A stretch of 64,000 nucleotides of DNA from Aplysia californica. Taxonomy: Eukaryota. The notes below the pieces were generated by a model, which saw nothing but the letters and a program-made list of their open reading frames with translations, had not been told where the DNA came from and searched no databases. Shown piece after piece: positions 62,680 to 64,000 of this stretch (position 1 is its first letter; every line of letters starts with the position of its first letter). The position numbers and the translations under genes are program-made. The stretch covers positions 256,992-320,991 of the forward strand of contig NW_004797431.1 of NCBI RefSeq assembly GCF_000002075.1, given 5' to 3'.

Positions 62680-64000
62680 AATCAATGATGTTTTAATCTC
62701 CTGCACCCTCTCTCCCTGTCTCTATATTTCTGCCTCCCTTTTCTTTTTCCCTCTCCATCACCTCCTCTTTCTTCCTCCACTCACTCTCCCTATCTCTCTC
62801 CCACCCCTGATATTCCTTCTCCTTATCTGCAGGAACTTCATTGAGGAGATGCTGGGAACCAAGTATGTGGAAGGCCGAGCTGTGGAATTTGCCAAATCAT
62901 TTGAAGAGTCTGGTCCAGCCACGCCCATCTTCTTCATTCTCTCCCCTGGTGTGGACCCTCTGAAGGATGTGGAGAGCCTGGGCAAGAAGCTCGGCTTTAA
63001 CACTGACAGCAACAACTTCCACAACATCTCCCTGGGTCAAGGTCAAGAGATTGTAGCTGAGCAAGCCATGGACCTGGCTGCCAAGGAAGGTCACTGGGTC
63101 GTTTTGCAGGTGAGTTCCTACAGGCATGTCAGTGACACGACTTTACTGTTGGGAACTGGGTAGTTTTAAGGGTGGAAGGAGTATACTCAAACTGAAAATT
63201 ACTCTATGATAAGAAGAAAAAGAAAAAGAAAACAACAACAACAACAACAACAACATGTCCATGCACTACAGCATGCTTTATGCATTTTACAATTATTAAT
63301 TAAATCTAAATCCTAGACAATGAAGTTTTTGTGGTGGTTTCAGATTCTGCCAGTCTGAATATTTTCATCTAAAGTAGAATAACCTGCTTTGTAAAAATGA
63401 ATATCACCGTCCTGCTAAGAGAGTGGTCCACCGAAGTGGTTCTCCATAGGTATGAGCTAATTGGCAAAAGGTGCCTGATTTCTTGTTTTTCCTGACCCAG
63501 GCTGCTGTAATTTCTTTTATAAAAATGGGAAAGTTTTTAGCACATTTACTCTACTTTATGACGTTTGGGTAGGCCATCATGAATGGGATGCTCTGGTAGG
63601 TCAGGTTTTATTCTAACCTTAGTCTGACATGAGCCATTATTGTGGAAATTTGTTGATGATACACAAGATATTTCATATGTGTTTCTTTTGCTTTAACTCA
63701 ACCCTGAATGATGGTCATTGTATTCATTTGTTTCTTTTAAGTGAAACAAATATACTCATTTACTCTGTGTTTAGGTCTCTGTGGGCATGGAAAAACAGAA
63801 AGTGAGCTAAATTTAGTAATACTTTCGGAGTTATATTTTGTATACTAAGTTTATACATAGTTTCTGAGACTTATTTTTTACAGCAAGTAGTTTGTGAGTT
63901 TTTTTCCTTTGCATGGATTACATTCTTTCTTTTCTTCTAGAACGTCCATCTTGTCGCCAAGTGGTTGTCTCGTCTGGAGAAGAAGATTGAAGAGTTCTCC
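707..64000 (+). CDS. DNAH9/DNAH11/DNAH17-like: Axonemal outer-arm dynein heavy chain, beta type (dynein beta chain, ciliary); multi-exon gene span, 65 coding exons in window, 3' end beyond window
   Basis: The spliced ORF of about 3,956 codons is continuous through all junctions. P-loops: GPAGTGKT 30721-30744, GNAGTGKS 36469-36492, GNAGTGKT 41192-41215, GVGGSGKQ 45913-45936. Also [67 protein letters not shown] and [10 protein letters not shown] motifs. Family assignment is from recalled homology. Confidence 0.97.
1177..1240 (+). mobile_element. L2-like LINE/SINE 3' tail remnant
   Basis: gcatagagc...ctatacaaatgctatctattattatt, similar to the tails at 7727 and 42975. Confidence 0.5.
1327..1614 (+). 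mobile_element. 5'-truncated I-group (I/Nimb/Ingi-like) non-LTR retrotransposon
   Basis: ORF end with [17 protein letters not shown] zinc-knuckle, stop at 1593, (GAA)n tail, 13-bp TSD GAACAGTCTACAT at 1314-1326 and 1615-1627. Confidence 0.88.
1786..1976 (+). CDS. Dynein HC exon 2
   Basis: ag|[11 protein letters not shown]...GEGE|gtaagt. Confidence 0.92.
2290..2476 (+). CDS. Dynein HC exon 3
   Basis: [13 protein letters not shown]...CIYEQ|gtaagt. Confidence 0.92.
2484..3409. mobile_element. Non-autonomous Tc1/mariner-pogo-type DNA transposon
   Basis: About 29-bp imperfect TIRs (CAGTAGTCTcggcaTAAGATCCTGcTGCT vs CAGTAGTCTgtaccTAAGATCCTGgTGCT), TA TSD on both sides, repeated TAAGATCC subterminal motifs. 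Confidence 0.85.
3796..3895 (+). CDS. Dynein HC exon 4
   Basis: [13 protein letters not shown]...FRDVVA|gtcagt. Confidence 0.93.
4513..4970 (+). mobile_element. tRNA-derived SINE with Nin/Deu-like central domain
   Basis: GGGGGCTC head with degenerate A/B boxes; GGTCCTGTGAG...GTTAAAGATCCCTTGGTG core shared with the minus-strand copy at 31880-32161. Confidence 0.65.
5085..5296 (+). CDS. Dynein HC exon 5
   Basis: [14 protein letters not shown]...NLIIEM|gtgagt. Confidence 0.94.
5802..6035 (+). CDS. Dynein HC exon 6
   Basis: [11 protein letters not shown]...RVETVK|gtaatc. Confidence 0.93.
6486..6653 (+). CDS. Dynein HC exon 7
   Basis: [19 protein letters not shown]...DTSSD|gtaagg. Confidence 0.93.
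6933..7369. mobile_element. Non-autonomous TIR element with TGTG...CACA ends (family A, copy 1)
   Basis: Imperfect TIRs, TT flanks on both sides; homologous along its length to 51766-52128. Confidence 0.8.
7727..7793 (+). mobile_element. L2-like 3' tail remnant
   Basis: gaagtgcatagag...tacaaatactgtctattattattat. Confidence 0.45.
7914..8030 (+). CDS. Dynein HC exon 8
   Basis: EFVEDYHQF...[24 protein letters not shown]|gtaaat. Confidence 0.93.
8613..9359 (+). mobile_element. Non-autonomous Helitron (copy A)
   Basis: A|TCTATTATCT 5' end; 3' hairpin CCTTTC-atc-GAAAGG (9333-9347) then CTAG|T; no TSD; about 440 bp shared with the inverted copy B. Confidence 0.85.
9440..9568 (+). CDS. Dynein HC exon 9
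   Basis: [14 protein letters not shown]...MYDRQ|gtaggg. Confidence 0.93.
9620..10290. repeat. About 32-bp minisatellite (consensus ATTTATACACAGACAGGTAGGATGGGTGGATC)
   Basis: Roughly 15-20 degenerate tandem copies; GT of adjacent copies at 9805 and 9837. Confidence 0.9.
10609..10745 (+). CDS. Dynein HC exon 10
   Basis: [17 protein letters not shown]...RMEH|gtatgt. Confidence 0.92.
10825..11042. other. Assembly gap (N run)
   Basis: Ns following a CT-rich tract. Confidence 1.
11211..11279 (+). CDS. Dynein HC exon 11
   Basis: [22 protein letters not shown]|gtaagt; phases fit neighbours. Confidence 0.9.
11403..12071. mobile_element. piggyBac-type non-autonomous element
   Basis: TTAA|CTCTTTCCG ... 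CGGAAAGAG|TTAA. Confidence 0.8.
12350..12476 (+). CDS. Dynein HC exon 12
   Basis: WDQDIYDEW...VNFDPQ|gtgagt. Confidence 0.94.
13287..13433 (+). CDS. Dynein HC exon 13
   Basis: [11 protein letters not shown]...QWYNK|gtatgt. Confidence 0.95.
14217..14325 (+). CDS. Dynein HC exon 14
   Basis: [13 protein letters not shown]...LNWENE|gtaagt. Confidence 0.95.
14711..15735. mobile_element. Probable degenerate piggyBac-type element
   Basis: TTAA|CTCATTCG left end; CGAATAAG|ATAA right end (2 mismatches to the expected CGAATGAG|TTAA); GC-rich left subterminal region. Confidence 0.55.
15942..16186 (+). CDS. Dynein HC exon 15
   Basis: [10 protein letters not shown]...HELVK|gtgagt. Confidence 0.94.
16930..17065 (+). 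CDS. Dynein HC exon 16
   Basis: LNLEFFKAD...[16 protein letters not shown]...THT|gtcagt. Confidence 0.93.
17809..18005 (+). CDS. Dynein HC exon 17
   Basis: [15 protein letters not shown]...QQHYQ|gtacgg. Confidence 0.93.
18405..18659 (+). CDS. Dynein HC exon 18
   Basis: PDLEDMEEL...YAYLWVDDR...QFKDQ|gtaagg. Confidence 0.95.
19249..19898 (-). mobile_element. Non-autonomous Helitron (copy B)
   Basis: On the minus strand A|TCTATTATCT ... CCTTTCATCAAAAGGGGGCCGAGCTAG|T; homologous to copy A. Confidence 0.85.
20210..20379 (+). CDS. Dynein HC exon 19
   Basis: [10 protein letters not shown]...[17 protein letters not shown]|gtgagt. Confidence 0.95.
20406..20494. repeat. (GA)n microsatellite
   Basis: Visible dinucleotide run. 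Confidence 0.98.
21457..21679 (+). CDS. Dynein HC exon 20
   Basis: LNNLTEFIK...[12 protein letters not shown]...VQLQ|gtacgt. Confidence 0.94.
22352..22555 (+). CDS. Dynein HC exon 21
   Basis: [11 protein letters not shown]...DHLDR|gtatgt. Confidence 0.94.
22938..23339 (+). CDS. Dynein HC exon 22
   Basis: [10 protein letters not shown]...[19 protein letters not shown]|gtaagc. Confidence 0.95.
24083..24328 (+). CDS. Dynein HC exon 23 (GC donor)
   Basis: VKFVMDD...IETLEDNQ|gcaagt. Confidence 0.92.
24961..25185 (+). CDS. Dynein HC exon 24
   Basis: [11 protein letters not shown]...[12 protein letters not shown]...DTDFK|gtacag. Confidence 0.95.
26029..26247 (+). CDS. Dynein HC exon 25
   Basis: ELVSQV...[27 protein letters not shown]|gtacgt. 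Confidence 0.95.
27297..27449 (+). CDS. Dynein HC exon 26
   Basis: [11 protein letters not shown]...CDLNGQ|gtgagt. Confidence 0.95.
28119..28244 (+). CDS. Dynein HC exon 27
   Basis: VENWLNRL...WLFDYPAQ|gtaatt. Confidence 0.95.
28883..29122 (+). CDS. Dynein HC exon 28
   Basis: [11 protein letters not shown]...[17 protein letters not shown]|gttaga. Confidence 0.95.
29167..29404. mobile_element. MITE with TGTG...CACA ends (family B)
   Basis: 34-bp TIR TGTGAGGCATGCTGACAAAATGAGTTAYTTCTCG with 1 mismatch; TT flanks. Confidence 0.88.
29738..29898 (+). CDS. Dynein HC exon 29
   Basis: [14 protein letters not shown]...[16 protein letters not shown]|gtatgt. Confidence 0.96.
30257..30482. mobile_element. 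Possible short TTAA-flanked element
   Basis: TTAA|CTCT ... AGAG|TTAA; the TIR is only 4 bp. Confidence 0.35.
30666..30822 (+). CDS. Dynein HC exon 30 (AAA1 Walker A)
   Basis: CYITLTQSL...[15 protein letters not shown]...MDYK|gtacaa. Confidence 0.97.
31186..31290 (+). CDS. Dynein HC exon 31 (AAA1 Walker B)
   Basis: [35 protein letters not shown]|gtgaga. Confidence 0.97.
31880..32161 (-). mobile_element. tRNA-derived SINE with Nin/Deu-like domain
   Basis: Minus strand reads GGGGGCTCATTAGCTCAACAGG (A box) ... GAGTTTGATCC (B box) ... GGACCTGTGAG...GTTAAAGATCCCTTGGTG. Confidence 0.75.
32465..32622 (+). CDS. Dynein HC exon 32
   Basis: VKTIQDAI...[22 protein letters not shown]|gtgggt. Confidence 0.97.
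33103..33241 (+). CDS. Dynein HC exon 33
   Basis: [22 protein letters not shown]...LLSKQ|gtcagt. Confidence 0.96.
33936..34335 (-). mobile_element. L2-clade LINE 3' fragment interrupted by a MITE
   Basis: After removing the MITE and one TTAA, the minus strand reads [49 protein letters not shown], followed by an L2-type tail ending (TAT)n. Confidence 0.8.
34152..34233. mobile_element. Short TTAA MITE (copy 1)
   Basis: TTAA|CACTTTG ... CAAAGTG|TTAA; the internal part is the reverse complement of 50745-50868. Confidence 0.85.
34377..34469 (+). CDS. Dynein HC exon 34
   Basis: [18 protein letters not shown]...PEDQ|gtaagt. Confidence 0.96.
35520..35714 (+). CDS. Dynein HC exon 35
   Basis: [13 protein letters not shown]...DNFILK|gtcagc. 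Confidence 0.96.
36418..36628 (+). CDS. Dynein HC exon 36 (AAA2 P-loop)
   Basis: IVQLEEL...GNAGTGKS...TREWKD|gtgagg. Confidence 0.96.
36799..36977. other. Assembly gap (N run)
   Basis: Ns. Confidence 1.
37138..37265 (+). CDS. Dynein HC exon 37
   Basis: LFSVIMRD...[24 protein letters not shown]|gtaaaa. Confidence 0.96.
37571..38170. mobile_element. piggyBac-type non-autonomous element
   Basis: TTAA|CCCTTTCGTTGC ... GCAACGAAGGGG|TTAA. Confidence 0.85.
38900..39048 (+). CDS. Dynein HC exon 38
   Basis: [10 protein letters not shown]...[10 protein letters not shown]...LGWN|gtaagt. Confidence 0.96.
39105..39365. mobile_element. piggyBac-type MITE
   Basis: TTGA|CCTTATCCGTACG ... CGTACGGATAGGG|TTAA (left TSD mutated). 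Confidence 0.75.
39660..39942 (+). CDS. Dynein HC exon 39
   Basis: [10 protein letters not shown]...[15 protein letters not shown]|gtgggt. Confidence 0.95.
40549..40722 (+). CDS. Dynein HC exon 40
   Basis: [12 protein letters not shown]...[11 protein letters not shown]...IPLQ|gtcagt. Confidence 0.95.
41105..41308 (+). CDS. Dynein HC exon 41 (AAA3 P-loop)
   Basis: ATLVHTAET...GNAGTGKT...SEMLQ|gtgagt. Confidence 0.96.
41923..42024 (+). CDS. Dynein HC exon 42
   Basis: [19 protein letters not shown]...FVDDMNMPE|gtttgt. Confidence 0.95.
42741..43050 (+). mobile_element. tRNA-derived SINE with CORE-like centre and L2-like tail
   Basis: TGGTCTAGTGG A box; TGTCCCTAGGAAAGGCAC...CACTCAGGTGGCAATGGGTACC centre; GCGCTATAGAAATG...(TAT)n tail. 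Confidence 0.7.
43051..43106. repeat. (GAT)n(TAT)n microsatellite
   Basis: Visible trinucleotide runs just before the exon 43 acceptor. Confidence 0.95.
43125..43292 (+). CDS. Dynein HC exon 43
   Basis: [16 protein letters not shown]...[16 protein letters not shown]|gtaact. Confidence 0.96.
43298..43722. repeat. C/T-rich low-complexity tract
   Basis: Near-pure pyrimidine tract with CCCCTCC units. Confidence 0.95.
43725..44081 (+). mobile_element. Non-autonomous Helitron (copy C, different interior)
   Basis: 3' end ATCATTCCTTTCATTGAAAGGGAGCCCAGCTAG|T matches copies A and B; the 5' A|TC is uncertain (43725, 43728 or 43731). Confidence 0.65.
44215..44454 (+). CDS. Dynein HC exon 44
   Basis: RHFCVFA...[22 protein letters not shown]|gtgcgc. 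Confidence 0.96.
44576..44675. other. Assembly gap (N run)
   Basis: Ns. Confidence 1.
44878..45039 (+). CDS. Dynein HC exon 45
   Basis: GILFAG...[15 protein letters not shown]...KCFE|gtggga. Confidence 0.95.
45667..45984 (+). CDS. Dynein HC exon 46 (AAA4 P-loop)
   Basis: DLPEE...[10 protein letters not shown]...[19 protein letters not shown]...VFQ|gtatga. Confidence 0.96.
46983..47061 (+). CDS. Dynein HC exon 47
   Basis: [26 protein letters not shown]|gtgagg. Confidence 0.93.
47658..47884 (+). CDS. Dynein HC exon 48
   Basis: [12 protein letters not shown]...[10 protein letters not shown]...RRVLK|gtaggc. Confidence 0.95.
48341..48502 (+). CDS. Dynein HC exon 49
   Basis: [20 protein letters not shown]...IDWFHEWP...ELLS|gtaaac. 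Confidence 0.95.
48533..49315 (-). mobile_element. L2/CR1-group LINE 3' fragment
   Basis: ORF 48961-49290 reads LHWLPV..IQYKI...APSYL...LRS...RAFS...LW.ALP...[10 protein letters not shown], followed by a 3' UTR (containing the N gap 48656-48805) and a GCGCTATATAAAT...TATT tail. Confidence 0.88.
49946..50179 (+). CDS. Dynein HC exon 50
   Basis: [10 protein letters not shown]...[15 protein letters not shown]...[11 protein letters not shown]|gtgagt. Confidence 0.96.
50405..50665 (+). CDS. Dynein HC exon 51 (stalk CC1)
   Basis: aag|VDDLKSKL...[20 protein letters not shown]|gtcagt. Confidence 0.94.
50745..50868. mobile_element. Short TTAA MITE (copy 2)
   Basis: TTAA|CACTTTGCCGTCAC ... GTGATGGCAAAGTG|TTAA. 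Confidence 0.88.
51504..51650 (+). CDS. Dynein HC exon 52 (MTBD)
   Basis: [16 protein letters not shown]...[12 protein letters not shown]|gtaagt. Confidence 0.95.
51766..52128. mobile_element. TGTG...CACA TIR element (family A, copy 2, internally deleted)
   Basis: TA|TGTGAGGCATCG ... GTGACACA|TA; same orientation as 6933-7369. Confidence 0.8.
52616..52754 (+). CDS. Dynein HC exon 53
   Basis: [16 protein letters not shown]...KSFAAA|gtttgt. Confidence 0.95.
53431..53596 (+). CDS. Dynein HC exon 54
   Basis: LCSWAVNI...VEPKR...EETLA|gtgagt. Confidence 0.94.
53902..54130 (+). CDS. Dynein HC exon 55
   Basis: CQAEFEEA...[16 protein letters not shown]...GSFTK|gtagga. Confidence 0.94.
55023..55292 (+). 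CDS. Dynein HC exon 56 (AAA5)
   Basis: MYRTDL...[16 protein letters not shown]...[12 protein letters not shown]...ADLK|gtgagc. Confidence 0.95.
56014..56169 (+). CDS. Dynein HC exon 57
   Basis: [10 protein letters not shown]...[20 protein letters not shown]|gtgaga. Confidence 0.95.
56875..56999 (+). CDS. Dynein HC exon 58
   Basis: MGDKEVEY...[11 protein letters not shown]...INFTVT|gtaagt. Confidence 0.96.
57588..57703 (+). CDS. Dynein HC exon 59
   Basis: DGLEDQLL...ERPDLE...KITLK|gtgact. Confidence 0.95.
58464..58723 (+). CDS. Dynein HC exon 60
   Basis: [10 protein letters not shown]...[10 protein letters not shown]|gtacgc. Confidence 0.96.
59345..59395. repeat. (CA)n microsatellite
   Basis: Visible run upstream of exon 61. 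Confidence 0.9.
59428..59598 (+). CDS. Dynein HC exon 61
   Basis: [10 protein letters not shown]...[11 protein letters not shown]...TFL|gtaagc. Confidence 0.95.
60595..60717 (+). CDS. Dynein HC exon 62
   Basis: [18 protein letters not shown]...SWGGIK|gtatca. Confidence 0.95.
60755..61125. repeat. G/A-rich about 28-bp minisatellite (GAGATGGGACAAAAGGAGGTGGAGGGG-like)
   Basis: About a dozen degenerate copies. Confidence 0.9.
61533..61726 (+). CDS. Dynein HC exon 63
   Basis: [11 protein letters not shown]...PQEWKNK...[12 protein letters not shown]|gtaagg. Confidence 0.96.
62010..62520 (-). mobile_element. Degenerate RTE-clade LINE fragment
   Basis: The minus strand translates [24 protein letters not shown]...[17 protein letters not shown]...[12 protein letters not shown] with frameshifts. 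Confidence 0.82.
62588..62678. repeat. (CTGT)n microsatellite
   Basis: Visible tetranucleotide run. Confidence 0.95.
62833..63109 (+). CDS. Dynein HC exon 64 (AAA6)
   Basis: NFIEEMLG...[12 protein letters not shown]...SLGQGQ...GHWVVLQ|gtgagt. Confidence 0.96.
63941..64000 (+). CDS. Dynein HC exon 65 (partial, runs off window)
   Basis: ag|[20 protein letters not shown]. Confidence 0.93.

Noticed and set aside
569-63127. Many short minus-strand and off-frame ORFs in the track
   Set aside because: They are antisense or shifted shadows of dynein exons or AT-rich intron noise. No coherent nested gene with splice signals was found.

Overview
Eukaryotic (animal) genomic DNA. It is probably from a mollusc such as a gastropod; this is inferred from the repeat complement and intron style and is not proven. 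Almost the whole window is one + strand gene for an axonemal outer-arm dynein heavy chain of the beta type ('dynein beta chain, ciliary'; DNAH9/DNAH11/DNAH17 family). I traced 65 coding exons by hand from ATG 707 to the window edge: 11,868 nt, about 3,956 codons, in frame across every junction. They cover the tail, linker, AAA1-4 P-loops, stalk/MTBD, AAA5 and the start of AAA6; the C-terminus lies beyond the window. One intron is GC-AG. Two adjacent X-box (RFX)-like motifs lie upstream of the start. The introns carry many transposon relics: three non-autonomous Helitrons, TTAA (piggyBac-type) MITEs, a pogo/Tc1-type element, unclassified TGTG...CACA elements, tRNA-derived SINEs and I-group, L2 and RTE LINE fragments. 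There are also minisatellites and four N gaps. I see no evidence of a wholly new gene system. The most unusual signals concern splicing architecture: a minisatellite built from copies of the exon-9 splice donor, and an inverted Helitron pair bracketing an in-frame block of exons 9-18.
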